Below the pieces are notes generated by a model, which was not told the origin of the DNA, did not search any database, and saw only the letters and a list, made by a program, of their open reading frames with translations. From NCBI GenBank assembly GCA_013239625.1, contig MU054448.1, forward strand, positions 2,698,566 to 2,762,565: a DNA stretch of 64,000 nt, read 5' to 3'. How positions within the stretch are numbered: the stretch's first letter is position 1; each line of letters opens with the position of its first letter. Below, piece by piece: positions 24,120-37,483 of the stretch. The translations under genes were made by a program, and so were the position numbers. This DNA is from Lama guanicoe (lineage: Eukaryota).

Positions 24120-26120
24120 AAATGATGAACAAAATAGCAGGAATTAATGATATAGAAGGCAGACAACAACAACAAAAAGTTATAGCTGATTTGTAAAACC
24201 AACTCTGTAAGATTAATGAACTAGATAAATCTTTGGCAAGTCTCACTAAGAGAAGAAAAGACAAAAGTAAGCAATACTGAAAGCAAGAAAAGTGATAGGA
24301 TGGTAGCTATAGAGGAGGCGTTTAAATTATGAGAATGCTGTGTACCATTTAATGTCAACAAATTTGAAAATCTAGATGAAATGAGTGCTTTCTTAGGAAA
24401 ACAAAAATTATACACGACTGAGTACAAAACCTAAGCGCACTAATAACCATATAAGAAACTGACAAGGTCATCAGAGATTACTGCTAAAACTTTTGGGCCA
24501 AGGGTTTTATACACAAATTCTACCAAGCCTTCAAAGAACAGGTAATCTTTGTGTCATTAAACATATTCTATAGCATAATAAAGGATAGGAAATTTATCAA
24601 CTCAATCTGCAAAAATAGTACCTGGAAAAAAATGTTGGCCAACCTCACATACAATAGATATAAAAGTTCTAAGTAATAAATTAACCTATCAAATCTGACA
24701 GCTTAATAATAAATTGCCAAAATGGTTGATCTCATATACTATTGGATAAACCACTAATATAATTTACCATATAGGCTGATTAAAAGACAAAACAATACAT
24801 TATCAACTCAAAAGATGCCAAAGAGAGCATTTGATAAAATTCAACATCTTTCCTCATAAAAAAATTTTTAATATTCTTTTATTAGAATGAAATGTCCTCA
24901 ACTCTCTAAAAAGGGCTTCACCAAATCCCACATAATTGTGAAATATTAGAGGCAGTCTTACTAATCAGGAACAAAACAGGATCTCTATTATCATTGCCAC
25001 TGGAAATATTAGCCAATGCAACAAGACAAGAAAAAAGGAAAGCTTTACGTGTTGCAAAGGACAGATGCTGAGTTTCACAATTATCAATGAAGAAAATCTA
25101 AAAGAAGCCATTTAAAATTATTATAACTAATAAAGTAATTCAATAAAGTGGCCAAGTGGAAAACAACCTAGCAAAACTGTTTTCTTATATGCAAGAAAAT
25201 ATAGTAATAGTATAATACGGCAAATATCTAATACCCTTACAATATGCAAGTGCTGCTTTAAGTGTTTTACATGGATTAATCTATTTTACCCTGCCAACAA
25301 CCTTACACATTAGGTATCACTACTGTTACATTTCACAGAGGGGAGAATTAAGCCCCAGAAAGGTGAAACAACTTGCCCAATATCATGCAGTCAAAAAGTG
25401 GCAGAGCCATGGTATAAACTGAGGGACCTTGGCTGCATTATTTCATGCTCTGGAAGTCAAATTCAGAGTGAAGATTCTCATTCAAAGTTTTCTAAAGTAT
25501 ACAAAAAAGAATTTATTTCAGATAGGCAAGCATTTTTAATTGGATGAAATCAAATAAGGGTGATCATTGAAGGATTCAGATTCTCCCCTACACTGTTAAT
25601 TGAACTATGAATTGATGAAGCCCCTTTTAAGGCAATTTGTTAGTATCCATCAAAACTGAAAATAAGCTAGAAATTCATGTTAAATAAACCCTAAGTACAA
25701 GAAAACTTATTGTAGAATCATTGGAAATAGCATAAAACAGACAACAACTAAATGTCCACCAATAGGGGAGTCTTGAAGTAGAGTATACTATATATCTTTA
25801 CTATAAAATATTATGCAGCTGTCAAAAAGAAGGTATTGATATAGGAAAATCACAAAGACAAATTTTCAAATAAACAAAGCAAACTGGAGAACAAATTGCG
25901 TAGTAAGACCCCAACTGAATTTTTTAAGGGCATAATGCATATACTTATATGGATATGTAAGCACAGAAAAGGGACTGAAAAAATATAGTCTTTGTTAGCA
26001 AAAATGACTTCTGAGAAGACTGAGGGAAGGACAGGGATGAAAGGGAATTTTCAAGGATTTCTTTATGTAATTCTTTATTGTTGGAATCTCATATAAAAGG
26101 AGTATATTCATAAATTTCAA
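24120..26120 (+). mobile_element. Ancient L1 ORF2/3' remnants with an inserted MIR (about 25200-25450, minus)
   Basis: gataaatctttggcaag, aaatttgaaaatctagatgaaatg, agatgccaaagagagcatttgataaaattcaacatc, aacaactaaatgtccaccaataggg; MIR core tttcacagaggggagaattaagccccagaaaggtgaaacaacttgcccaa. Confidence 0.7.
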
Positions 26121-26151
26121 TGTTCTTTAAGAGGAGAAAAATTTTAAGTAG

Positions 26152-27232
26152 AAAATGAAACATTAAAAGACATCCTACGGAATGGGAGAAAATTTTTGCA
26201 AAAGATGAGACTGACAAGTTGGGCTTAACCTCCAGAACATATAAACAACTCATACAAACTTAATAAGCAAAAAAAAAAACAACCCAATCCAAAAATGGGC
26301 AGAAGACCTAAACAAGCAATTTTTCCAATGAAGACATTCAAATGGCCAATAGGCACATGAAAAAATGCTCAATATCACTATTTATCAGAGAAATGCAAAT
26401 CAAAACTACAATGAGGTTATCACCTCACACCGAGCAGAATGGCCATCATTAAAAAATCCACAAATGATAAATACTGGAGAAGGTGTGGAGAAAAGGGAAC
26501 ATTCCTACACTGTTGGAGAGAACGTAAATTGGTGCAGCCACTATGGAAGACAGTATGGAGATTCCTCAAAAGACTAAAAAATAGAGCTACCATATGATCC
26601 AGCAATCCCACTCCTGGGCATATATCCAGAGGGAACCTTAATTCAAAAAGATACATTCATCCCAATGTTCATAGGAGCACAATTTACAATAGCCAAGACA
26701 TGGAAACAACCTAAATGTCCACTGACAGATGACTGGGTAAAGAAGCTGTGGTATATTTATACAATGGAATACTACTCAGCCATAAAAAAGATAATAATGC
26801 CATTTGGAGCAACATGGATGGACCTGGAGATTGTCATTCTAAGTGAAGTAAGCCAGAAAGAGAGACAAAAATACCATATGATATCACTTACATGCGTAAC
26901 CTTAAAAAAAAAAAAAGGACGAACGAACTTATTTACAAAATAGAAACAGACTCACAGTCATACAAAACTAACTTATGGTTACCAGGGGAGTGGAAAGGGA
27001 TAAATTGGGAGTTCAATATTTGTAGATACTAACTACTAGATAAATAAAACAGATAAACAAAGTTCATACTGTAGAGCACAGGAAACTATATTCAATATCT
27101 TGTAGTAACTTATGGCGAAAAAGATGAAAATGAATATATGTATGTTCATGTATGACTGAAGCATTATGCTGTACACCACAAATTGACACAACATTGTAAA
27201 CTGACTATACTTCAAAAAAATTATATAAAAAA
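26152..27232 (+). mobile_element. Relatively young 5'-truncated L1 (ORF2 C-terminus plus full 3' UTR)
   Basis: ORF-track peptide MFIGAQFTIAKTWKQPKCPLTDDWVKKLWYIYTMEYYSAIKK...ATWMDLEIVILSEVSQ is the L1 ORF2 C-terminus; camelid-type 3' UTR and A tail; frameshifted. Confidence 0.95.
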
Positions 27233-27884
27233 AGAATTACTTTTAAAATTAGAGTAGAGGAAAAGGAAGTCTTTTGACTAAAGAATACAGTCAATAAGCA
27301 CATTGAAGCAGTTATATCTTTTTGTAAAAGAAATGAGATTCTTGGGGAGAAAAGAGTTTGGAACTGTCCACTTCTCTAACCACTTCCACTAATATTTCTT
27401 GAGATAAGGGGGAAACAAATCCTGCCCTATCTTACTCTCGCACAGAGGAATGTGAGAAGCCCTGGAAAGGCAACGAACTTGCCCTGTCATAAAAGAATGC
27501 TGGATTGTGTTGTTTCATCTTGGAAGCAAGATTAATAAGAACTGTTTAATAAGAGCTACTTTGGAGAATGATGTAAGATTTGTCAATAGCTCTCCTCTGG
27601 CGGAATTAACTCAATGTTCTTTCTCAGAAGTCAGTGCAAAGCTGAAAGTATAAGCCTCTGTGTTTGTGTCGGGGAGGAGAGCTCGGTGTGCCAGACGACT
27701 GGTCAGTTTAAACACTGTACCATCCATGACTGGTAAAGAGAGCCGGGAGGATGATCCCTCTACCCCCTACCTCAGTAACAGCAGCTTCAGTTTAGGCAGG
27801 AGGCAGTCAGTGCTCAGGAGTGGGCAATGACAGCAGTAAGGGGAAAAGCCCCAAACCAGTCCAAGAAACGAGCAATATTGCTTA

Positions 27885-28120
27885 CTGTTAATTGAGCAGG
27901 GTCTGGACAGGCATGCCTGAGAATGAATCCTGGCTCTACCACTCAAAAGCTCTGTGACCTTGGGAAAATTGTGCAATTTCTCTTATCCTCAGTTTACTGA
28001 TCTTTAAAATGGTGATAAAACAATTTTCTCAATGGTTTGTTGTGAGAAATCAATGAAATAATCTGCTGAAGCCCTTAGCACAGTGTCCAGAACACAGTAA
28101 GTATTCAATATGGATTAGGT
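27885..28120 (+). mobile_element. Near full-length MIR
   Basis: gaatcctggctctaccact...tgtgaccttgggaaa...cctcagttt...taaaatgg...ttgtgaga...cttagcacagtgtccagaacacagtaagtattcaata. Confidence 0.85.
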
Positions 28121-28303
28121 ATTGTTCATAACAATGTTATGATCACTTTAGGAACCAGGGAAACAGAAATCACACCCCATTAGGAATTTGATCTCTACTT
28201 GTGGTTGTTTCTGCTCAAGAGTAGAGCAAATCCCAGGGCTCACAGAGGAGTAAATGGTTATCGAGGGTGGCCTGGAAATGCCGTAAGCCAGGACACTGGC
28301 TAG

Positions 28304-29094
28304 AGCTGTGCTGTCCAGTGTGATGACAGTCTGGTTGGTTCACAGCAGCTGTGCCACTCATCCTATAAATCAGATTCATACTCTGGATCCAAAGACACAA
28401 TATGGAAAAAAGTAAACTATCTCATGAATACCATTATATTGATCACATGTTAAAATGATAGCATGTTAGATGTGTAATAGGGGAGAACAAATCTGACTTC
28501 ATATTACACCTGTTCCTTTAGCTCTAACCTTCTGCTCTGCTTCCAGTGCTTAGTCATGCTAGTTCCACAAATTTTGTTAAAAAGCATTGCCTATAGCCTG
28601 AAAGATACAGACAGCTCAATCTCAAGACTCTGATCTTTAAGGCTATAACACTTTTCCATTCATATAGAGGTAAAAAATTGCAGAACTGAGAATGACATTT
28701 GTCCTGCTGGAGGTTTACAGGGACATCATGACCTGACCTGTGTGGACAGCTGCAAGAACCAAGAAGTTTGCAACAACCAAGAACACCCCCCCACCCCCCG
28801 TTTTTAGGATAAAAGGAACCTGAATTCTGACTTGGATAAGATGGTCCTTTAGGACATTAGTCCCCTAGTCTTCTTGATCAGCTGTCTTTCTGAAAAAAGT
28901 CATTACTCTTTGCCCAACACCTTGTCTCCCAATTTATTGGCCTGTCAGGTGGTGAGCAGAATGAGTTTGGACATGGTATAAGATGTATTGGGTGAGATAA
29001 AATAAACTATTAAAATTACTTTCATCGGTTTCATTTTACTTTCTTTAGGTGGTTACTAGAAAGTTTTCAAGTGCATTTCTATCGGACAGCTCTG
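28304..29094 (-). mobile_element. MER33-like hAT-Charlie element split by an ERV1 LTR
   Basis: Terminal ctgtgctgtcca... and ...ggacagctctg; internal tattgatcacatgttaaaatgata | tattgggtgagataaaataaactattaaaatt...ggttactagaaa. Confidence 0.75.
28473..28981 (+). mobile_element. ERV1 solo LTR (about 509 bp), exact family not assigned
   Basis: Starts tgtaataggggagaacaaatctgact and ends tttattggcctgtc...gagcagaatgagtttggacatggtataa; 4-bp TSD gatg at 28469-28472 and 28982-28985. Confidence 0.85.
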
Positions 29095-29705
29095 GGCTAC
29101 AATCTATTTGTCCCATTAAGTACATCTTTAGCATTTCCACATATATTTCTGGGAAGGTAAGTGAGAAGGAATTCTCTTCTTTACTTAGAGAAACTGAGAA
29201 TTGAAGTGATTTGCCCAGAGACTTTCTCAATGTCACATGTACCCAGGTGAAGAAAACAAATTCAAACAGAAGATTTCATAATAAAAGGCAGCAATCTTCC
29301 AGCCTACCCTCCACAATCCTTTCCTGTTGCACTAACCTGCCTTCACCGGAACAACTCACAGGCTGTAAGAGAGAGAGCAATCCTCAGAGCCACTCAGTTA
29401 TCTAAGCACAGCCTGAAGCTTGTAACAAGAACTTAGGGTTGTTTCCAAAGAATGGGGCGAATAAGTCTTGTGGAAGTGAGGGGTGTTTGGCTTCAGGTAT
29501 CTTTTCCCATAATTGGATGTTCAGTGGGCACGCTGGCTACCCTGGTCTGCAGCACAGGATAAGGGAAATAAGAATTTCCCTCCTTGAAACAGGATTCTCC
29601 CAACTTTTTGAACCAGGGATCCCCAAAGTCTGGCATCAATTTACCAAAAATAAAAAGAACTGAAGGTCACACTGAACCTACAATACTATGAGAAAGATTA
29701 GCTCC

Positions 29706-29934
29706 TGGCTTGGCAAGCTTTTTTTCTGTTAAAAAGAAAAACCAGATACTAAATATTTTAGGCTTTCAAGACTATATGGTCTGTGTTGTAACTAATCACC
29801 TCTGCCTGTTGTTGCACAAAAGCAGCTGTAAACACTGTGTGATGAATGGGGATGGCTGCGTTCCAATAAAACTTTATATACAAGGACAGACAGAGGGTCA
29901 TTTCTGCCAAATGGCTATAGTTTGCTAACCCTTG
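29706..29934 (+). mobile_element. MER58A-like DNA transposon
   Basis: ttggcaagc...ccagatactaaatattttaggcttt...ggctgcgttccaataaaactttat...tagtttgctaaccc. Confidence 0.85.
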
Positions 29935-31743
29935 GATTAGGGTTTCTAGCTGAAATCACATCCAAATTACAAAGGGCCAACACAATTTGTACAAGGGGAG
30001 GAAACAGAGATTAACACTGAGTGGCCTTATCCATAAACCACAGGAATTCAGGACTATCTGTGGGAAAGGAACGCAGGCTAAACCAAGATGAAGCGGAGAC
30101 GCGTTGCTGACAGCGGGATGGCAGCCTCGGCGCGGGGCTTCATGGTAGGCTCACCTTGAGATGCTGGGTGGAGAAGAGAAAGAAAACGTAGAGGAGGCTG
30201 TTAAAGCTGGTGGAGGTTTTCTCCACAGTGGGGAACACCTGCACATCTTCCACCGTGAAAAGAAGCTAGTCAAGAAGAATGAGTGAGTCACCTGGGAAAC
30301 AGGAGGAAAAGCTGAAAAGGTTGGCCTGGACAAGAAGGAGCAGGACTCCGTATTTTTATGAAGGAATGGAATTCAGTTTTCCCCAGTCTCGCAACTACAA
30401 TCTGTTTCTCCATTTTCCACGCTTTCATGATCCGCTGATCTGTGTCCTCCTCCCACCACATCACCTGTGGCCTTGCATCGTAACTGCTTAGTGGAACACT
30501 GGCCTTTCTTCCTCCAGTAAAAGGGAATCCATGTCAATCATCTTCCCACCTTCGTATTTACTCACTTGGTGCGCTCCTGAGAGAAGGTGCCCAACGTCAA
30601 TTTCACTGAAACACCAGCCCAGAGAAGAGGAGGCACATGTGTCCCGGAACGTCAGGGATACAGGGCTGCTTTATCACCAAGCCTCAGTTTTAGACTGAAT
30701 TAAAAACCATCTCAATTTAAGACATCACCTGGCAAAATGCTGGCCTACCACGTGAGTGGATGAGCATGAAATATGGCTGGTGGTAGTTCTCCTTTCTGAG
30801 CGTCTGCAGTCACAGGATAAGTGGAGATGACTGATTTTCCTGAATAAAGCTGGGTTTGCACTCAAGATAAATGGCCAGGCGAGGTGAGCTTTGATGATGA
30901 ATGAACTGGGATTAGCATTGCAAGCGTGATGGAGAAAGGCTTTCTATTCCTGACACTTAAAATCATTACTCTTGGTTAACATCTGCCACGATTAATCACT
31001 CCACCTCTGTTTGCTCAGAGTACTTTGTCTGGCTCTCAGTTTGAGTGCTGGATTTGGACTACCTTCTATTGTCCACAGTGTACGAAAGCCTGTCTTTCCA
31101 CTGGGCTGTGATTCCTTTGAGAGTGGGGACTGTTTAAACTGATTTTGTGTCATAGTGGAAACTCCAGGGTTTCTGTATAGCAGTGGCTTTGGGGACGACA
31201 ATCTAAGGCAAGACAGCCTAAGGAAAGAGTCTGTGGGCTGAGTTTGCTCTACAGACTCATTTTCTTTTAGATTCTGTATTTCCTTGGGTAGGTTTAGACG
31301 GTAGGCGATGGAAGGATAGTAAATCTCAGATGAGCCAGAGATCCTTGAGCCGAAGAGTCCCCAAAATGCTCTGTGCATACATGGTTGAATTGAGTAGGCT
31401 GATATTTTACCTCAGTTTCTTTAACTGCTAAGAGGACAGAGGAAATGCTTTTCACCCAACACTTCCTTCTCATGTGAAGAGGCTCCACGTGCTTGGAAGA
31501 CATATTCTGATGAGGTCTGATGACCATGTCCTTCTAACACCGGTGGATTCTATCTGTAAGAGTTGACCTTTGGAGCTGCTGAGTGTGGGTATGTAATTTA
31601 GGACTGGGAGCTTGGATATGGCTGAGTCACTCAGCACAACAGGAAGAAGAGGCATGAAATGGTAGGAGTGATAGCGTGAGGAAAGCCAGGCTGAACCAGC
31701 TAGAATGGGCGCTACATCGAAAGAAGAAAGAATTTCCACAGCC

Positions 31744-31747
<4 letters not shown>

Positions 31748-31807
<60 letters not shown>

Positions 31808-31816
31808 AGAGAGAGA
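31748..31816. repeat. (AC)28(AG)6 microsatellite
   Basis: Read directly. Confidence 0.97.
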
Positions 31817-32124
31817 CAGCTCTCCTCTGGTGGCATAGCTCAAAATGAATTTTGAAGAGTAGAACTATCTGAAGGGCACTGGTATCTATTTCCTGAGATG
31901 GTGCAAGGCAATCCTCCTGCTGCAGACACAGTGACCTGAGCTACAGAGACTGGTAGTGAAAGCACTGAGCTGATGCAGAGAAGTAGCTCCCCAGCCAAGG
32001 CTCCATCTCCCAGCCTGTTTGCATCTGGTCCAAATGGCTTGTATTTGACAACAGAACGTAGGTGGGAGGAGGGGTGACCTTCTGGGATGAGGCGGTTAAA
32101 TATGGGGTGCTCAGTACTCTAGGC

Positions 32125-32447
32125 CAGAAGTTGGTAATTTTTTTGTAAAGGGCAGTCACTTTTTCAGGCTACAGAGGCACTATGACAATTGCCCAACTCT
32201 GCCATTTCAACAAAAAAGCAGCCACAGAAAATACGGAAACAAATGAGCGCCGCTGTGTGCCAATAAAACTTTACTTACGGACACTGAAATTTGAATTCCG
32301 TATAATTTTCACGTCATGAACTATCATTTTTCTATTAATTTTTTTTTCAAACATTGAAAAAAACGTGAACACCATCCTTAGCCTGCAGGCCATACAGACA
32401 CTGGTGGTGGGCTGGCTCTGGCCTGTGAGCCTCAGGCTGCCACCCAC
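32125..32447 (+). mobile_element. MER58B-like DNA transposon
   Basis: tgtaaagggc...caactctgcc...gctgtgtgccaataaaactttacttacggacactgaaatttgaatt...cttagcctgcaggccatacaga. Confidence 0.85.
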
Positions 32448-32899
32448 CCCACGTGTTCTCGCTCAGCCCACTGACTCCCACGCCCAGGGTGCAGGTGCTT
32501 CACTGGGGGACTGAGGCCCCGGGGAACAGCGGAACGACACAATGGAAAGAGAATCCCCAGGTGAGCTGCTTAAGACAAACAGGAATATCTTCAGGTGAGC
32601 AAGAAACAAACCTTTATTTTGATAAGCCACTGAGATTTGGGGGCTGTTTGCTACAGGAGCTACTGTTGCTTCTCTTAATAACCTCCCTCCCCCATCTCTT
32701 GCCTCAATGAAAGATCGAATCATTTCTGCATTGCACAAAAAATGTTTCCAAAGGCTCTCTCTTCTATTTTAAAATAATCTCCAAGGAATATATACTCACA
32801 CCTCATTTGTCTACACAACTGTCCCATCCCCCTGACTATCTGCTGCACTTTTTGCAGTGGGTGTTTGGAACTCACTCCATTTTCTCTCAAACCCCCAAC

Positions 32900-34020
32900 G
32901 CTCACCCTCCCTCTATAAGCTAGTGACTGTATCATTTTCTCTGAATCCAGGTCCATCTTCCCTAAGAAAAACTCCTCTCTTCATCTGTCACCAGTCCCCA
33001 CACTTCTTTAAATACCTCTGAATCAGTGTCAATTCTACCTCTTTCAGGGAAGAAGGCTCCTGACCCTTGGACAAGGGGGTCTCTCTCTCTCTCATCATCA
33101 ACATCTTTAACCCCTCTGCTTCTAGTTGGTTCTTTCCTTCTGCCTTCAAGGATGCTATAATCTTTCTCATCCTTTAAAGTGAAAATGGGGAAAAATGGAA
33201 CCCTACTAACTTCTCAAGCTTATGACTTCTGTCTCTCTCTAAAATAAAGACTGTATTTTTAGAGCAGTTTTAGGATCATAGAAAAATTGAGCAGAAGGTA
33301 CAGAGATTTCCTGTGTGTCTCCTGTCCCTACATATGTACAGCCGCCCCCATTATCAACATCCCCCCAGAGTGATGCATTTGCTACAACTGAGGAATCTGC
33401 ACTGACACGTCATAATCATCCTGAGTGCACAGCTCCCATTAGGGTTCACTCTTGGTGGTGTGCGTTCTATGGGCTTGGTTAAGTGGATAAGAGACATATC
33501 TACCATTAGAGTGTCCTACAGAGTAGTTTCACTGTCCTAAAAATCCCATGTGCTCCACCTGTTCATCCCTCTCTTTCCTCCGACTCTTGGCAACTACTGA
33601 TCTTTTTACCGTCTCCACAGTTTCACCCTTTCCAGAGTGTCCTGCGTTTGAAATCATACACTATGCAGCTTTTTCAGACTGGCTTCTTTCACTTTCACTG
33701 CATTTACGTTTCCTCCGTATCTTTTCATGGCTTGATAGCTCACTTCTTTTTAGAGCTGATAACATTCCATTGTCAAGATGTACCAGTTTTTATCCCTCCA
33801 CCTACTGCAGGACAACTCGTTGCTAGGACCCCTCTTGCCACTGTCAGATTTCTGAGGCAACGTCTGATATGCAGCCTCTCTTTTCATTCATTCTCATTCT
33901 CCTTCGCAGTTAGAGATCAGTCTCATTCCCACCCTGTAACAGCTCTTGAGGTCACCGATGATTTCAAGGTTGACAAATCTGTGGTCTTTCCTGTCTTTAT
34001 CCATCACAATTTCTGCAGCC
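32900..34020 (+). mobile_element. L2 internal fragment interrupted by an L1MC
   Basis: Pyrimidine-rich L2-like sequence on both sides; aacagctcttgaggtcaccgatga...tgacaaatc on the right. Confidence 0.55.
33245..33810 (-). mobile_element. L1MC-type 3' end
   Basis: tttttagagcagttttaggatcatagaaaaattgagcagaaggtacagagatttcc...ttagggttcactcttggtggtgtgcgttctatggg...ttttcagactggcttctttcactt. Confidence 0.88.
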
Positions 34021-34599
34021 CTTATTAATGCCTCAGAACACTAAGTGTCCTAGGCCTGGGGTGATCCAGCTAGTTACACATCATTTTGGAGCCTGTATGA
34101 AATTCATTATTCATTAGCCATTGGTTCTGTGTATTGCCAGGCTCAGTAGAGGAAAGCTAGATTAGACAAGAACTTGTGTTGATTTAGGCAAGAGAGAAGC
34201 CTATGCCAGTTGCTGAGGATGCTATCCAATGTGTGCTCTCGTGAATTAAAGTGATTGTGATATTTAATCACCTCTGACAAAGCCAACCGCTTCAGGAAAT
34301 AGAGAAAAAAATGGGTGAAAGCAGGAGAAATGTCAGAGACAGAAGAAAAAAGAACAAAGTACTTATCAATATGCCTTCATTGTAGTACCTACATATATTG
34401 TTAGATTGAATCAAATGAAATCATCAATATTCAATGTCTTGACCTACAAAAATGAGAATGTCATGTGGTTCGATCTCTTATATGAAGTATCTGTTATTTC
34501 CCAACAGCCTGCATTTAAAGTTTTGACACTTCTTTGTATCTCTAAAGCTTGGCATGTAGTGGGGTCTATGTGTGTTGAATCAGAATTCAGTCGAAGGCA

Positions 34600-34790
34600 A
34601 AGACTGTACGTCAGGAAGTGTGTATTCAAGTCTTAGCTCCACCACAACTAGCCATGTCCACTTAGATGTTATCCTTGATCCAAGTCAGTGTTCTTTGTCT
34701 GTAGAATGGGGACAGTACCTGTGAGACATCCCTCAAACAGTTCTTGTGAGGATCAAATAACAGTGTAATACGGCAGCCTTTTGTCAAAGA
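34600..34790 (+). mobile_element. MIR
   Basis: ttcaagtcttagctccaccac...tctgtagaatggggacagtacct...ttgtgaggatcaaata. Confidence 0.7.
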
Positions 34791-35529
34791 TAAAAAGCAA
34801 TGGATCTTTATATAATTTACAGCCAGGATTCACTCATTATAAATACTAATGAACTAACATGGAAATGGGGAGGGGGCACCACTGAGACCTAGCTGCACTT
34901 TTCCATTTCACAGACAACTAAACGGGGCTGAGAAAGGGCATAACTCAGGTCATACACCTGTGATGTGCACATACCCTAAAACCCAGATCCTTGCCTTATA
35001 TAACTTCCTCGATCACCCCAGACCACTGAGCTACAAATTCTATGCTACTTTTTTAAGCAGGGCTTAAAAAAAAAACCTACACTATTTCTATACCAAACTG
35101 AAAGCTGTTTGACCCCAAGCAGATCACAAGTAAGATTTTCAACACTGAAACAGCCCATCATTAGCTCTTTTAGGCTAAGGATTCCTCCCGATGCACCTTG
35201 GAGGTTTGCTCACACCCAAGCCTATCCAACCACGGATCAACCCCAGCCTCCCGCTTGCAAAGATCTCCTGGATCCTCTCTGCTGTCTAGTTGAAAGCTTC
35301 TTGACTCAATTCCAAGGAATCCTTTTCACCTCCATTTCATTAAAATCATTTTCTCATACTACAAGCTTTCAAGAAGATGTGGACAGCAACAGGGAAATAA
35401 ACAGAGCCAATCTATTTCGTATCATCAAAGTCCTTAAATGATGAAGATGTGAAATACCAGTTTCTCTTTTTTCCTGTTCATCATCGTGCAGGAGGATTAT
35501 TGAGGCTAATTGAAGCTGCTTCATTCTTC

Positions 35530-35661
35530 NNNNNNNNNNNNNNNNNNNNNNNNNNNNNNNNNNNNNNNNNNNNNNNNNNNNNNNNNNNNNNNNNNNNNNN
35601 NNNNNNNNNNNNNNNNNNNNNNNNNNNNNNNNNNNNNNNNNNNNNNNNNNNNNNNNNNNNN
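35530..35661. other. Assembly gap (132 N)
   Basis: N run. Confidence 1.
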
Positions 35662-37243
35662 TTAAAAATGAGAGCAATAAAGGCATGCTAGCCAACATGA
35701 CTTCTAATAATGCCTGCTGGATTTGAATTAAGTTTGGTCTTGACCATTAAAGCATCACAAGGTACCCCGTGGGGACCGTGATGAAGAGCTCCCCATTGTA
35801 TCTGTTGTTCCTGGCTGTTCCAGACAAGATCTCAGCTGGCATGTGTCCTTAGTACATAAAACGCTCTTGAGTATTTGTGTTGGTGTTATGGAAGGTGGAG
35901 AATGGGACTCTAAGGGTGACTGCCTCTCAGATGAGAGAGAAGAAAAGGAAGGGAGAAGGAGGGAAGGAGAGAAGGGCAGGCAGACGTGGAAGCCAGTTTG
36001 CTTTGAAGGAGAAACTAGTGGGAGACAGGAACCTGTGCAGGCAGAGGGCTGGCGCCGGGAGGCGCTGATGGAGCAAAGGGAGATGGGCACAGGGTAACGA
36101 GCCTCCCTGCCTGGGCTCAATCAAGTCACCAGCTCCCCGTCAGGTCCCCGACACAGAAACCTCCAGGACGTCTGATTCACCAGCCCTGCCCTCAAGCATG
36201 GTGGGCAGATGGCAGTGGGGCCCCAAGACCCACAGGAGACACCTGCTTCCCTTCCCCTCCCCAGTCTCCTCAGCCTCATGGGAAGGCTCCCCAGCTGAGA
36301 CCGACCAGGGAAAACACTCAGGCAATCAGGCTTGTTTTCAGAGACTAAACACGCCGGAACGCTGGTGCCTTGATGTGTTCTACCTCCTTTCAAGCAGGAG
36401 CAACGCAGGGCTGTACGTAATCAGTGAGTGATGCTGTCTCGGTACGGATGCCTCTAGAATCCCTTCGCAGCCCCAAAGCCACAGCATGCCCCCTACTATA
36501 TTGTTATTGGTGGCAAATCCTCATTCGCTCAGAGTGGATTTTACTTCGGAAAAGTAGCTAAGAGCCGTCTGTTGCCCCGCCTGGTGAAAGGCAGTTATCC
36601 AGCAGGGTCATCGGACTTCGGCTAACACACAAGTGCAACTTGAGAGGACCTTCCTGGGCACGGATCATAAACCGGTTCTGAGGGAAGTTAGAAACGCAGG
36701 CATGGGAGCTTTCCCAAACATGCTTCCTTCCTGAGTCAATGAGGGGGTCACTAATAATCAGATGCACAGATTCTTTCAACGTCTAATCTCATAGCTACAC
36801 TGTATGGTCCACATTTGGGAAAGAGGAAACAGACTCCCAGGGAAGACACCTATTCAGCCCCACGGGGGGAGTGGACAGCAGACTCAGGGGCAGACTTCCC
36901 CCACTGGGATGTACCCAGTGGGCTTTGCACTCCGCGGGACTCATGACCCACTGACCCTTTCTCAGCTGCCCCTTCTCTGTCCTCATCCTCTCCATCTCTT
37001 TTCTCTGGACCTCAACTTCCTATCACCTTCTACCTCCTAAAAGCACAAAATCAGGGTAACTTTGCCTAACAGAGTAGACCATCATACAAACCCTAGTTAA
37101 AAAAAAAAAAAGAGATGTTACAGTGTCAAACAGCAAGTAGCAGCAATCACCCCAAAGCAAAAAGCAATCAAAACACAAGCAAGGCAGCCACAAGCTTCGT
37201 CTTTGATCTAAGTGGGAGACATCCGTCGCTTAAGATTACAATA

Positions 37244-37483
37244 CAGTTGGTTCTCGTTATCTGTGAATATTATGTTCTACGAGGTCACCGAGAACACTGG
37301 ATTAGCAAGTACTGAACTATTGCTCCTAAGAGAAATGCAGGATTAGTGTTCTGCAAGCCTCTGGTCACAACATTTTTATCAACAGATCAATACACAACCT
37401 TATTTTATGCATGTTTCTGTTGAAAAACTCATTTCATAAATACTTTTGATTCATCAGGATGGAACTCATGGCCAACAGCACCA
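37244..37483 (+). mobile_element. MER82-like Tc1/mariner (Tigger) element, left part
   Basis: TA followed by cagttggttctcgttat...gaacactggattagcaagtactgaac...gcctctggtcacaacattttt...gaactcatggccaacagcac. Confidence 0.85.

Noticed and set aside
26365-26943. ORFs of 70-92 aa
   Set aside because: L1 ORF2 C-terminus and its antisense frame; 5'-truncated and frameshifted.
31405-31556. Minus-strand exon ending GAAACTGAG|gtaaaa
   Set aside because: The donor is weak and resembles the MIR core gaaactgagg; no other support.
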